Source: Octopus sinensis
Lineage: Eukaryota
DNA: 64,000 nt
Assembly (NCBI RefSeq): GCF_006345805.1
Contig: NC_043001.1
Coordinates: forward strand, 86,738,001 to 86,802,000
Direction: 5' to 3'
Part shown: positions 25,470 through 39,356 of the stretch, piece by piece
Layout of the letters: the number at the start of each line of letters is the position of its first letter
Position numbering within the stretch: the stretch's first letter is position 1
Made by a program: the position numbers and the translations under genes
Notes under the pieces: generated by a model
What the model was told of the DNA's origin: nothing
What the model saw: only the letters and a program-made list of their open reading frames with translations
The model's database searches: none

Positions 25470-25880
25470 CTTTTACTCTTTACTCTTTTACTTGTTTCAG
25501 TCATTTGACTGCGGCCATGCTGGAGCACCGCCTTTAGTCGAGCAAATCGACCCCGGGACTTATTCTTTGTAAGCCCAGTACTTATTCTATCGGTCTCTTT
25601 TGCCGAACCGCTAAGTGACGGCGTAAACACACCAGCATCGGTTGTCAAGCAATGCTAGAGGGAAACACAGACACACAAACATATACACACACACACTTAT
25701 ATATATATACATATATACGACAGGCTTCTTTCAGTTTCCGTCTACCAAATCCACTCACAAGGCATTGGTCGGCCCGAGGCTATAGCAGAAGACACTTGCC
25801 CAAGATGCCACGCAGTGGGACTGAACCCGCAACCATGTGGTTGGTTAGAAAGCTACTTACCACACAGCCACTCCTGCGCC
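25470..25880 (-). mobile_element. Full-length SINE (microsatellite-containing family)
   Basis: Reverse complement runs from the head AGGCGCAGGAGTGGCTGTGTGGTAAG to the tail GACTGAAACAAGTAAAAGAG(TAAAAGAG)n. Confidence 0.92.
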
Positions 25881-26163
25881 TACGGCTAAAATTGCCTCAT
25901 TAAGGGATAAAACTATCCAATGAATTATTGGCTCATTGCCAATTATTACTTTTTTTTTTAATAGGTCCAAGTACAAATCTTGGTTTATAAATATTCAAAT
26001 TAAAATTCAGAAAATGGAGATATAACATTGCAAAAATCCAAATATTGAATTTTTGCAGTTAATAAGCTGTATTACTGCTACATCTCTATTTTCTGAATTT
26101 TAATTTTAATATAATATAATATAATATGATATAATATAATATAACATAATTTGATATAATATA

Positions 26164-26219
<56 letters not shown>

Positions 26220-26467
26220 TATAGTATGTATGTATGTATGTATGTATAGTATGTATGTATGTATATATATATGTATGTATGTATTATATAATATATATAT
26301 ATATATGTGTGTGTGTGTATGTATGTATATTATGTATATATGTATATTGGCCTGCTCACTTAGCCAGCGGGGTGGTGTCATTTGAAGGCTAAAACAATGC
26401 GAAGCGCATTGTGACCAGCAATGTGTAGCAACATCTGATAGCCTGGTCGGTCACGGTGATCACGGTG

Positions 26468-26506
<39 letters not shown>

Positions 26507-26507
<1 letters not shown>

Positions 26508-27711
26508 TAGCAGTATCGCCCGGCGTTGCTCGGGTTGTAAGGGAAATAACTATATAAGCATTTTTAGAGGTTATAGCCAAAAAGTAGCAAAAAAATGCAT
26601 TAAAAATTCAAAAAAAATTAAGGTAAATTTTTCTTAAATCGTGGACACATTGTAGATATTTTTAGAGATACTTCCCTTATATAAAAGCGAAAAAAAATGC
26701 ATTAAAATGAAAAAATGATGGTAATTTTTTTTTTAAATCGTAGACTCATCGTAGACGCGCGCTAACACCCAGAAGGGCTCGTTTGTTATTCTGGGTAACT
26801 TTCTGTAAAATTATTAAAATTTTGTTCAAACATCGCTATAGAAATGGGTCATTAGCTAATATTCAATTGGGTATACAACAAAATTTTACGATAGAATTTG
26901 TTATTCTGGGTAACTTTCTGTAAAATTATTAAAATTTTGTTCAAACATCGCTATAGAAATGGGTTATTAGCTAATATTCAATTGGGTTACAACAAAAATT
27001 TACGATAGAATTTGTTATTCTGGGTAACTTTCTGTAAAATTATTAAAATTTTGTTCAAACATCGCTATAGAAATGGGTTATTAGCTAATATTCAATTGGG
27101 TATACAACAAAATTTTACGATAGAATTTGTTATTCTGGGTAACTTTCTGATACCCATAATAATATTTATGGCAAAATAGGCCTTAATTTTCATTTAGGTT
27201 GTGGGAAATAACAAACTATCCTTTTTCGGTTTGTTTACGTTTAGCGTAATGATTTCAAATAGGCTCATTCGAAAAAGTAAATAGAAATAGTCTAAGGCTT
27301 TACTCTTCTGGGAAAGTCTGTGGCTTGGTCCAGTTTCTTCAGAAAACTCACCGAAAGAAACACAGTTTTTAGATTTTCACTCCATTCAGGTACCAATTCG
27401 TTTTCTTTATCGCTGTCGGATTCACTGTTTTCACTTTAATAGCTGCAAACTTGCAAAGACAAAGGAGGAGAAGGGTGATAGCGTCAGTGAAACAATTCGC
27501 TCCCTTTGTGTGTGTGTGCGTTTGCGGGTGGTGTAAACCAAACTAAGAAAAGCATTTGACACACACACCAGAATGTGAGTTTTCTGTAAATTTTGCTTAA
27601 TTGGAGTTTAAATTTTAAAAAACTGGACCTGGCATGACGCGATGCATTGTACTCTTAAAAATGCTAGGTAAATTGTAATTGAAGAAATTCCTATATTGTA
27701 GATTTGTATAA
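26507..27711 (-). mobile_element. Composite Helitron with an internal ~115-bp tandem array (26782-27150); 5' end lost in the gap
   Basis: 3' hairpin plus CTAG at 26507. TTTGTTATTCTGGG recurs at 26782, 26897, 27011 and 27126. 27530-27711 is the reverse complement of about 39400-39590. Confidence 0.8.
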
Positions 27712-27811
27712 NNNNNNNNNNNNNNNNNNNNNNNNNNNNNNNNNNNNNNNNNNNNNNNNNNNNNNNNNNNNNNNNNNNNNNNNNNNNNNNNNNNNNNNNN
27801 NNNNNNNNNNN
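27712..27811. other. Assembly gap (100 N)
   Basis: Direct reading. The round length suggests a gap of unknown true size. Confidence 1.
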
Positions 27812-27829
27812 CAGTGGAAACAGTATTAA

Positions 27830-28397
27830 AGGGGGGGGTCGGGCAAAGTGGAGAAGAGAAGGATAATGGTGGGATATCTCTCGATGGAAAGTTCTGCGAA
27901 TCCAGGAACACAATTCTGCGGGCCATGTCAACTTGGTGTTTATATGAGTGGCCCAGCTTACGTTGTTGTCCACAATTACTCCCAAGTCTCTGATGTTGTT
28001 GGACGCCGGAGAGTTTCACTGAAGGAAGGGAGTATGGGAGTTCAGGGCATCTCTTTTCCAAGTGGATAGCTCAAATTTATCTTGTTCAGCAGCATATTGT
28101 TTTTTTGCCCATTGGATAACAGCCAGTAGATCTGCTGAAGGCATGTCCGGTCACTCGCCTCATTTATGACCTTCTGTAGCTTGGAGTCATCTGCAAAGAT
28201 TTTTATGTTGCTGTGATTGATGATGTCATTAATGTCATTATGTAATGATGAAAAGAAGTGGGCCCAGCACAGTGCCTTGCGGAACGCCACTACTGACTTT
28301 GGGTGGCTTGATTTTACCCCTTCAACTTACAACATGTTGAGATCTGTCTGTCAGGATAAACACTTAATCCATTTCAGTAACTTCCAGAGACCAATAT
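27830..28397 (-). mobile_element. CR1/L2-group LINE RT fragment
   Basis: GVPQGTVLGP, IKIFADDSKLQK, and an LGV..D...SW..H equivalent, with frameshifts. Confidence 0.85.
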
Positions 28398-28469
28398 AAT
28401 ATGTATAATATGTATTATATATATGTTATGTATTATATATATGTATATATATGTATAATATATATGTAT

Positions 28470-28504
<35 letters not shown>

Positions 28505-28552
28505 GTATATATATGTAGATATATATAATATATATTATATATATATATATAT

Positions 28553-28593
<41 letters not shown>

Positions 28594-28610
28594 TATATAC
28601 ATATATATAT

Positions 28611-29128
28611 GCAACCCTCTATGGGATAACGTATATCCAATATAATTGTAGTGAGTCACCCAACAAAGTTAATACATAAATGTTAAGGATTGCGATGCAA
28701 TCAATTCTTTACTGTATGATATGGGCAAAGGTAAAATGATTTACCACAAATAATAATAATAACAAGATAAGAAAATGGAGAAATACATCTAAATCAAATA
28801 TCAATTACCAGATAATACTCAATCACATACTTTATTAAACCACCAAATAAGAGACTGTAGGTTAAGCTATATTTTATTTATTGTATTTTATTCTCTTTTA
28901 TATATATTCTACTTATTATACAAAATTACTCTTTTATGTACACTTTTTTTTATGTACATTCCTTTATGTACACTGATTTGTTCTGTTTTTATATTTAACC
29001 CTACGTCTCTTATATGGTGGTTTAATAAAGTATGTGATTGAGTAATTGATATTTAGTAATGATATTGAGTAATTGATATCTGGTAATTGATTATTTGATT
29101 AGATGTATTCTCCATTTTCTTATCTTGT
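28611..29128. mobile_element. Foldback element (ACAAGATAAGAAAATGG... inverted arms) with a ~150-bp one-sided extension
   Basis: Arms start at 28762 and end at 29128. The extension 28611-28750 is the reverse complement of 34216-34366. Confidence 0.75.
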
Positions 29129-29164
29129 ATATATATATATATATCTATAGATATATATAATATA

Positions 29165-29202
<38 letters not shown>

Positions 29203-29228
29203 TTACATATATATATATATATATAGTG

Positions 29229-30305
29229 AGCGGTGTTCCACAGGGCACTGTCTTGGGACCACTGCTTTTATAGTGGCCCTCTCAGATATGCCCTCAAATG
29301 CCCGGATAGCCACTCTGGCCAGCTATGCAGACGATACCGAAAGTTTCGCAGAAAATACAGAACCCAAGCGATGTTGCACACCTGCAGCAGGAGTTGGACT
29401 CATCTACAGATGGGTGAGGATAATAATATGCAGTTTAATGCTGAAAAATTCCAGGCCCTGCACTACCAGCATCCAAAACTGATATTAAACTTACAGGATA
29501 CACCTGGTCCACAGGGAATTTCAATCCCAGAGCCTAAGTCTGTGAGGGACCTGGGTATCGACATGAGTGATGATACCTCTTTCCAGTGCACATTACCAGG
29601 ATGGCGACAAAGTGCAGACGACTGGGGGTGGATCCTAAGAACATTCAGAACCAGAGATAAGGAAACCATGATGGTCCTCTGGCGGACATTCGTCTCAGTC
29701 GCCTGGATTACTGCTCACAGCTATGGTCACCCACCAGTGTAAAATTAACAGCGGACCTTGAAGCAATCCAGAGAAGATTCACAAAGAAGATCGTCTCTTT
29801 GCAACAGCTCAGCTACTGGGAAAGGTTGAAACAGCTAAGACTCTACTCCCTGGAGAGAAGACGGGAAGGAGAGGTATGCAGTTAATATATGTCTGGAAGA
29901 TCCTGGAAGGAATTGTGCCAAATTTGGCATTGTAAGCTACACCAATGCTAGAACGGGACGACACTGCATAGTGCCAAAGATCCAGCAATGCATCACGCTT
30001 CAGGACCAGCTTCTGCAACAGCCTGGTTTCAAGGGCCCACAGCTTTTTAATATTCTCCCAAAGAGTCTGAAGAACTTGCACAAAATAGATGTAGCGGTTT
30101 TTAAATCAAAGCTGGACATCTTCCTGTCAAGAGTCCCAGATGAACCTACCTCACGGCAAGAGGTGCAAATGAGAGTAGCTGTATCAAACTGCATTCTTCA
30201 CCAAGTGCCACATATTAGACGAGGTTCGTCGTAATAACAGTGTAGCACAAAACGGCGGTGCATCAGCATGGCCGCAGCTCTGAGCTGAAACTAGAAAAAA
30301 AAAAA
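29229..30305 (+). mobile_element. CR1-like LINE, 5'-truncated, with 3' tail and poly(A)
   Basis: VPQGTVLGPLLF, YADDT, NNMQFNAEKFQ, RDLGI, WILRTF, LEAIQRRFTK and YSLERRR motifs across frameshifts; ends GCTGAAACTAG(A)n. Confidence 0.9.
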
Positions 30306-30338
<33 letters not shown>

Positions 30339-30634
30339 TACAGATATGCATATATATGCGTATGTATATTATATATATACACTTTTGTCTGTGTTGTCGC
30401 ACATATTCTCCCGCTTTGTTCCAAACATTTAATGCCCCTAGCTTAGATTTTTGGAGCCAACCAATTTTGAACAGTCTCAAGTGTAACAGTCCGACACTGT
30501 AGTGATAATTGGAGGCTTGACTGATGAATAGAAAGCCACGAATGTTCCTCCCTGGTTTTCCTGTTCATCTTTGTATCGTCCATCTGCTGGTATGTTTTCA
30601 TTGTCACCCGTTACTTTCTTGTTCGGTGTTTTGG

Positions 30635-30681
<47 letters not shown>

Positions 30682-30707
30682 CATACATACATACATACAT
30701 ACATACA

Positions 30708-30738
<31 letters not shown>

Positions 30739-31316
30739 GTAGGTATATGTATATATATGCTTACGCTTGTGTCTGTATATGTTTGTATGTATGTATATGC
30801 GTATGTATTCCCCTGGGTGCGCGATACCTTGAGTGAGTTTTTTCTATTGTAACTTCGGCCTAACTAAGACTGAAAACTAAACAATACATAATTTATTGCG
30901 CAATTATCTGAAACGTACGTATTAAATGCTATTCAAAATATCATTACTTGGTTTGACTTCAGTATTATACATTATAAGACCCTATGTAAGTTGGTGCTAA
31001 CCAGTTCTAGCGCCATTCATATGGTTACTATAGCAAGGATTCGAAATCACTTGATCTATTCGACTTGAATCGTATGTGTATATATATATATATATATATA
31101 AACATAAACATAACGTCGTAAGAAATTTGAAAAGCTAAACGCGAAACCGGTCTTTCTTCTAAACTATGTCATTGTAAGAAAACATTTTTTTTAATATTCT
31201 TCAGACATATTGACGCAAATATATATATTTTTTAACCTTTAAGCCTTCTGTAGTTTTTTCACTTTTTACTATTTTCAATATATTCAACCATGTGCTTTCA
31301 CAAACCAACTTTCTTA

Positions 31317-31368
<52 letters not shown>

Positions 31369-31402
31369 CATGTATATGTATATATATCAATATATATATA
31401 TC

Positions 31403-31449
<47 letters not shown>

Positions 31450-33649
31450 TGTGTATGTATGTATGTATCTATGTATATGTATATATCGTGTCCAGCTTAG
31501 AAACGATGCACTTCACCATAATCTATGATTCAAGTCGAATAGATCAAGCCACTCTTAATCCTTGTTATAGTATCCATAAGCATGCATGTACAAATAAACA
31601 CGCATATGTAAAGAATAACCACTCATAGTTGCATATATTAAAAATAATATGAGTGCATGTATAAGCCCACATCCATCTGTATATGCACAGAGTAATTCGC
31701 TCTCACTTTCACAAATTTCTAGAACTGTGTAGAATAAAGAAAAATAAACTAATAAACCTTGCCACTTTATTTAATTTTGTATGCAATAGCTCTACAATTG
31801 GTATGCAGCTTGGTCGTAGTTTTGTGCAAATCTAATCTTCTGTATAATTTTGTTACATAAGATAACAATTATATACTTCCTCATAATTAACTTGATACGT
31901 CTGGTCGTATCTGGAATCTGAAGTTATTTTTACATTTGTGGTATACAGTTCCTAAAAATGCAATTCAAAATTTGGATAAGTTCTTTTCTTTGATAAAACT
32001 ATTGCTCAAATTTCACCTTCCTGTAATCTGCACAAGCTTTCGTCATGATACGGCAGGTGTTTGCATAAGTTGCTGAAAAAGTCGATTTAATTTTTGGCAC
32101 ATTAGTGTAGATATACAGTTCATTTTCACAGTTCATTTACAGTTCATTATTCACATTTTCAGATCAAATATGAAAACTAGTAATAAAAGGGGAGCAAATA
32201 TCGAACATGTGTGTATAGATGCATTGAGAGGTCAGAATGCTGATTAAAAATGTACCTGATGCGTCTTCTAAGACATTTTAGTATCTGTTTGAGTAAATTA
32301 TATATGTCGGTTGCTTGATGGTTCGGCTCTGGATTCCTTCTTGTACGTAGACATGCAACAAAACTTTCCTAAATTAGAAACCCTAAATAAGTATTACCCT
32401 AACCGTAATTAGAATCTCAATGAGGGACAATCACGCAAGATCAATTTATGGTATAATATATACAATAAAATACCATAAATCAAGAAACCAAGAACCCAAC
32501 GAGAATGAAGGACAACTTAGAACAACGAGAAAGCTAGATATATAAAATTCACAGAAAACATGAACATTAAACATATACATCTATCACCAGCTGCTTAAGA
32601 GCTATCATTATTGTTTCGACTCCAGGGAAGTACGTACCATTGAATTTCGCGACGTCAACGATTTTTAAAGCATAAGCTTGGATTTTGCTGTAAGTAAAAC
32701 AGAAGTGACAAGAGGTAGTTATCTACCTCTTACAGTAGTCGCTCGGAAATTTAGCTGGAATTTGATGAGGCCTGGTTTCGAAGTATCAGCAAATTATCTG
32801 TTATGTACTCTTAGTGTTTTTTTTTTGTTTTTTTTTTGTGGTGGGGTTATACTGGTAGAAACAAAACTTAAATTGCTCAATGTCTGTGAGATAAACAACC
32901 TGATGGAACTGAATAAAGACTATGCAGACTGCACTATTGAAAATTAGGTGTATTTGTAAACGAAAGCAGTCGTAACATGATACAAACCGGTAATCTTTCT
33001 GCTGGTAGACTCAAACGCAAACTCTTCAAGAATTCTTGATGTCTACTTTACTGGGCGATATTGATATAGAGAGACAAGAATAAATAACTGAGGAAGTCGT
33101 AGTACTGTAAACTCTACAACATTTTATATATTTTCAGCTGCCCTAATTTATATTTCCTTAAATAAATCCATGTCACATCTGTTATTTATTAATAAACATT
33201 TAAAAATGCTTTACCGTTTCCTCAATCGTTTACCAGAAATCAATTTGGATTATAAAACAAATAAACACACAGAATGTAATAAAACAAAATAAAATGAAGA
33301 AAGAAAACAAAAATATAGCGATCGTAATCTTGTGGGGTTTTTTTTCGCTTCTTTCTGTTTTTCTTCCCTACCATCGTTTATTCACAACTGCACACCGAAC
33401 GAGAGGCTATAACAAAGTACGCTATAACAAAGTACACACGCACAAACAAACACATACACACACACACGGACACACCACAGGCTATGGTGTGCCCGTGTGT
33501 GTACATGTGTGTGTGTGAAAGAGACAAACTCAGTGTGCATACACACACACACGCACATATATATATATACATATATATTTCATTTAGTTTCAGCTCACGA
33601 GCTGTGGCCATGCTGGGGCACCGCCATTTATATATGTATATATATATAT

Positions 33650-34366
33650 ACAAGATAAGAAAATGGAGAAATACATCTAAATCAAATATCAATTACCAGA
33701 TAATACTCAATCACATACTTTATTAAACCACCACATAAGAGACTGTAAGGTTAAATATAAAAAGCAGAACAAATCAGTGTACATAAAGGAATGTACATAA
33801 AAAAGTGTACATAAAAGAGTAATGTTGTATAATAAGTAGAATATATATAAAAGAGAATATAAATACAAGTAAATATAAATATAAGTATATTTATATTTAC
33901 TTGTATTTATATTCTCTTTTATATATATTCTACTTATTATACAACATTACTCTTTTATATACAAGTAAATATAAATATACTTATATTTATATTTACTTGT
34001 ATTTATATTCACTTTTATATATATTCTACTTATTATACAACATTACTCTTTTATGTACACTTTTTTATGTACATTCCTTTATGTACACTGATTTGTTCTG
34101 CTTTTTATATTTAACTCTACAGTCTCTTATGTGGTGGTTTAATAAAGTATGTGATTGAGTATTATCTGGTAATTGATATTTGATTTAGATGTATTTCTCC
34201 ATTTTCTTATCTTGTATTATTAATTTGTGGTAAATCATTTTACCTTTGCCCATATAATACAGTAAATGAATTGATTGCATCGCATTCATTAACATTTATG
34301 TATTAACTTTGTTGGGTACTTCACTAGCAGTATATTGGATATATGTTATCCCATAAAGGTTTGCAT
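33650..34366. mobile_element. Second copy of the ACAAGATAAG foldback element, opposite orientation, ~230-bp arms
   Basis: 33650-33880 pairs with about 33985-34215; internal duplication near 33960-34050; same extension as copy 1. Confidence 0.8.
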
Positions 34367-34384
34367 TTACAACCCCTATCTCAA

Positions 34385-34386
34385 TT

Positions 34387-34469
<83 letters not shown>

Positions 34470-34845
34470 TGTGTATATATATATGTATTTGTATATATAT
34501 ATATATATATATATTGTATATATATATATATATTTGTATATGTATATATTTATATTGTATATGTATATATATATATATTGTATATTTATATTTGTATATG
34601 TATATATATTATATTTGTATATGTATATATATATATATTTGTATATGTATATATTATATATATATATATTTGTATATGTATATATTTGTATATATATATA
34701 TATATTTGTATATATTTGTATATATATATATATATATATAGATATATATATATATATATATATTTGTGTATATATATGTATATATATATGTATATATTTG
34801 TATATATATATATATATATAATATATATATATATATTTGTATATA

Positions 34846-34914
<69 letters not shown>

Positions 34915-35005
34915 CATGCTAGCATGGAAAACGGACGCTAAACGATGATGATGATGATGATATATATATACTTGTGTATATATATATATATATATTATAT
35001 ATATA
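34385..35005. repeat. Long (TA)n-rich compound microsatellite with an RTE tail fragment at about 34915-34960
   Basis: Direct reading; CATGCTAGCATGGAAAACGGACGCTAAACGATGATG. Confidence 0.92.
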
Positions 35006-35174
35006 TAAAACAAGCCAAGTAACTGATTGTAAACTCTCTATAAGAGACATAAGTAGTAACTCTACTGAAAAGTAAATGTTTGTTGCCACTACAACATGGC
35101 TGTTCCATACGGAGCTGGAGGACGTGTCCTCCTGGGGTTAAAAAAGATTAGTGTATATATATACACACACACAC

Positions 35175-35390
35175 ACGAGGGGTTGTTGAAGAGTTCCTGG
35201 CTTCGGGTGAAAGAAAATACAGAAAGATCAGTTAATTATGATTTTATGCAACATATTCCCTTCTCAGATTCACATACTTATTGCAGCAGCCCTTCAGTTT
35301 TCGTAAGTCATGTAAAAGAAATCTGGAAGTTGGGCCGCCATCCGGGCTTTTCATGATAACCTTAGTACCAGGAACTTTTCTGCACACCCT
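35175..35390. mobile_element. Mariner-like MITE
   Basis: Imperfect TIRs ACGAGGGGTTGTTGAAGAGTTCCTGG ... CCAGGAACTTTTCTGCACACCCTTGT. Confidence 0.6.
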
Positions 35391-35937
35391 TGTGTGTGTG
35401 TATTCAACATACGATGCTCTTTTTGTGTTTGATATCTTCACGCCACTCCTCTTCAACAGTCATTTTATGTTATGATAATAAAATTACATTACATACTCTG
35501 AATGGAGTGCACAAAAATAATCTCAGCTGTTTTTCGACCTTTTCAAATCAACACATATTGATCAAAACAAGTTTCTGAAGACTTCAATTCACCGATGAAG
35601 ACATATAAAACCAAAACATGCTTGTAGTAGTGTTTTGAAAATTAATTTTTCTACAAATTAATTCTTAATGGCTTGAAATCGTCTCTCTTTTCTTAGACAG
35701 GATTCTAACAATTACTCTCTTCTTCTTTGGTTTTTCGTTGATTTTTCTGTCTCTTTCTCAAAAAAAGTCAGATTTCCGTTCATTAATAATTTTATGCGCA
35801 TGTCATACTGTATATTACCATTTTTGTGAATTATATACATTTATGTCATTGGGCCACTTCAGTTATTTCCCTTGCCTCACTGCCTAACAACAAGTATTTG
35901 TTCATATACTCTGCACAAACACATGTATGTGTAAGTA

Positions 35938-35973
<36 letters not shown>

Positions 35974-37336
35974 GGTATGTATGTAGGTAGGTAGGTATAT
36001 ATACATGATTGTATATATATATATGTGTGTGTGTGTGTATGTGGCACCATATTTGCTATATATAGAATAATGCTAGGAAGGTGCAGTTGAATGTAAATGC
36101 TAAAAGAGGTCATCACCACAAGCAAGTTCCACTTTCAGAACACAAGATGGTGCTGTGTAATTATTGACCTAGATCTTTCATCTCGTGCGCGACTAAAATG
36201 CTCCCATAAATAAATTATCTGTCAATTATGCTCACAAATTCATCGTTACTTCTCGACCTAATATTGACCACCTAACTAATATGTTTAACACATCGCATTC
36301 ACCACTGATGAAGTTTAGTTCAGCGATTTATTTATTTTGACTTATGATGCTTTCTATAAAGTTTACTGTGCAATGTAATATATTGAGAGAACATGCTATT
36401 TCAGGATAGTAGATGTTTGGATTTTTTCCTGAAAAACTGTCACCAAATTCGGTTTTAATATAAAACAGCCAGAAGAGGAAAGGTTGCGTCCATGCACTTC
36501 GCAGACCCTGCTAGATTAACGAGAACAATGCGGTTAATGTATAATTCAAACATCTATTAGTCAAAGTCTGTAGAAAAATGTCAGCCGCCTACGATAGAAT
36601 AACAATAATACATTAGTGTGTTGTGCAGTTATATTTGGCGGCCAGATTCCGGTTGGAAGCAAATAATTTTCTTTGCAAACTGTTTCAGTAAAAACGATAA
36701 ATTTTTCGTTTACGTAACCAGCATGGCTTCATTTACAAGAAAATAAGTAGATCCACTATGTAAGAATTTAATGTCAAATGGATAAGATTATACCCAAATT
36801 TTTCATTCATGACACACGGTATCATTGATATTTGATGAATGAACATGTATCAAGAAATCATAGAAATATAATTATGTGTAATCCAGTTGATTAAGAAATG
36901 TTTAAACGGTGGCTTCTAGCTAAAATGTAACAGTAAAATCTTCAGATAGACATTTTGTCTTGGAAAAGGAATGATATTTTGGATAATATAGACCTGGATA
37001 TGTTATAACTGAAGGTAGAAGAAATAGGATAGTCATGAACTGGACATTGTGTTGGGGTTTAGCTCTAAGATTGAGTGAGTGTGTAAGGTCGTGGTGATTC
37101 TGATATTGATGGTTCGTGAGTTGTATGTAGAGGAAGTAAAGAAAGCTTGTTTTGGCGGGTGGTTTTAGAGTAATGTTTGGTGGCTAAGCTACAGAATATA
37201 TTAGTGTAGATATTGATAATGCCATTGGTGATTATGTTGATAATACCTGTGATGTGGTATTAATAATGCTTGTTATGTTACTTATATAAGATAGTGCATA
37301 TTCCTACGATACTGATGATGCCTATGTTGGCGGTTA

Positions 37337-37600
37337 TACGAGGAGGTGCCCAAAGGTAATCGGAAACGTTCTCTCGGGAAAAAGCCTGATGTAGTTCAGA
37401 CTTCTGCCGCTAGAAGCCACTTGATGCAACCCTCGGGTATCAGTCTGCCGACCAGTGTTATCGACTGAAGTCGTACTGCCATGTGGTGCATTTTTATTTT
37501 GCAATGCTTCTCCCCAATTCGTCGATGTTTGCGATGGCTGAATCGAAGGAACAGTGTGCTTCCTTGAAATTCTGCTTCTTGCTAGGGAAAACGACGGCCA
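37337..37600 (+). mobile_element. Mariner 5' fragment (TIR plus transposase start)
   Basis: TA|CGAGG end, followed by MAESKEQCASLKFCFLLGKT, resembling the mariner EQR..IKFC..LGKT N-terminus. Confidence 0.7.
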
Positions 37601-37832
37601 AAATTGATTTGGTTGTTGGTTGGTTGGTTAGGTTGATATAATGACCGTGGTGATGGTAGTGGCGGCGGCGGCGGTGGTGGTGATTGTCGTGGTGGTTGTG
37701 GTGGATGTGGTGGTGGTGGTGTTAGTCCTCATTGATTCAAAATTCGTGGTAATGTTTGAGATGATGTTGACAATATTATTAATGGTTATGTGAAAAATAA
37801 CATTAATTATAATTTGTCTTCTTTAATTACAG

Positions 37833-37852
37833 ATGATGGAGATGACCCTCAG
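37833..37852 (+). CDS. CHST11: CHST11-like coding exon 2, a 20-nt micro-exon encoding (H)DGDDPQ
   Basis: TTGTCTTCTTTAATTACAG|ATGATGGAGATGACCCTCAG|GTAAGC has a strong acceptor and donor. Its 20 nt convert the phase-1 end of exon 1 to the phase-0 start of exon 3 with no stop. Confidence 0.75.
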
Positions 37853-38291
37853 GTAAGCATCGATTTTTGATTTAGTTTCTTAACGAACATTTATCTTTTA
37901 TCTTTTACTTATTTTAATCATAGTCTACGGCCATGCTGGGGCACCGTCTTGACGAATTTTTAGTTGAATGGATCGAGCCCCAGTACCTATTCTATTAGTC
38001 TTTCTTGCCGAACCGCATGTTTCTATTAGTGGTTTGACTAATTATTTGTGAAAAAAAGATAATAAAAAAATTTTAAAAGGCTGGGGACAGATATTTATGG
38101 TGATCGAACATAGCGTTAACTAATAGATTAGAGCAGGTAATATGTTATTTGAGATTAAGAATGAAATGTGTAACTGGAGTGTAATTGGATGGGTTGCTGA
38201 TCCGCTCATATATCTTGCAGTCAAAATTGAGAAGAGCGAAGTTCTGAGACCATCGGAATAAATGATAACAATTTCAGAATGGCTGTCTTTC

Positions 38292-38600
38292 AGTTGCAGC
38301 GTGGAAGTGTTTATAAGCCATTTAAGAAACACACAAAAACTGTTAGATTCACTTCAACATTTAAATTTAATTTGTCAAAATATTTTCGTTTTAAGACCGC
38401 GACATATTTTGTCAGTGAACAGGTCACGGTCTCAAAGCGACGAAAATATTTTGACAAATTAAATTTAAATGTTGAAGTAAATCTAACACTTTTTGTGTGT
38501 TTCTTAAATGGTTTATAAACACCTTCCACGCTGCAATTGTTTTCGTTCCAGCACACGATCTCAGATCAAGTCACTCGCTATGCAAGTACATCTCTGTAAT
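38292..38600. mobile_element. Palindromic MITE (left arm truncated)
   Basis: 38292-38400 is the reverse complement of 38430-38545. Confidence 0.8.
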
Positions 38601-39304
38601 GTCCTTCAGTTGTCAGATCTATAGATTCTTTCGGGAGTTTTTAAATCTAAAATTCTTTATATTCTAAAATTCAAATACACACACACATGCACAGGATTAA
38701 GCGTGGTTCATAAAACAGGAAAGCACTCAATGCACCAGAGAAACTGAAATTATAAATTACCATAATTGTTTATGTGATACTGTTGTTATATGAGAGTGTG
38801 CATGCGTGTGCGCGGGTTCTCATTACAAGGAGGATATACACGACTTCCATGTTTTTACTAAGTAACTCTCATCAGGATTTAAAAAATGCGGAGTTTTTTT
38901 TATATATATGACTCATATTTTAGGTGCCACATGGGAGTGGAACTGAGAGTGTGGTTTAATAGTGTGTCTTTGTGAAATATGAAGACATCGTGATAAGTTG
39001 TTTGAACAGCAATCAAACATAAAGATTTTTACTTATAAGCTACAAAAATACACCATTAAGTCAAACCTACATAGCAATTAATAAGTAGATTTCACAAGAT
39101 GAACGAATATTGCATAAAACGTCTGGGAAACTTAATAAAAATTTTACAATCAGACCAAGGTTACTGAGATAAAACTTCAAAATCAGTGTCAGTGTTTTTT
39201 TCTATTAAAAGTAAATGCGATACTTTTCAAAATGTTGAGCAAGGTTTTAATGATGTTTGAATGTATTTATAATTTCATAATTAAAAGAAAAGCATATATA
39301 TATA

Positions 39305-39356
<52 letters not shown>

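Noticed and set aside
31780-32120. Protein-like minus-strand reading with several in-frame stops
   Set aside because: No motif I can assign and no splice support. Possibly an old transposon remnant.
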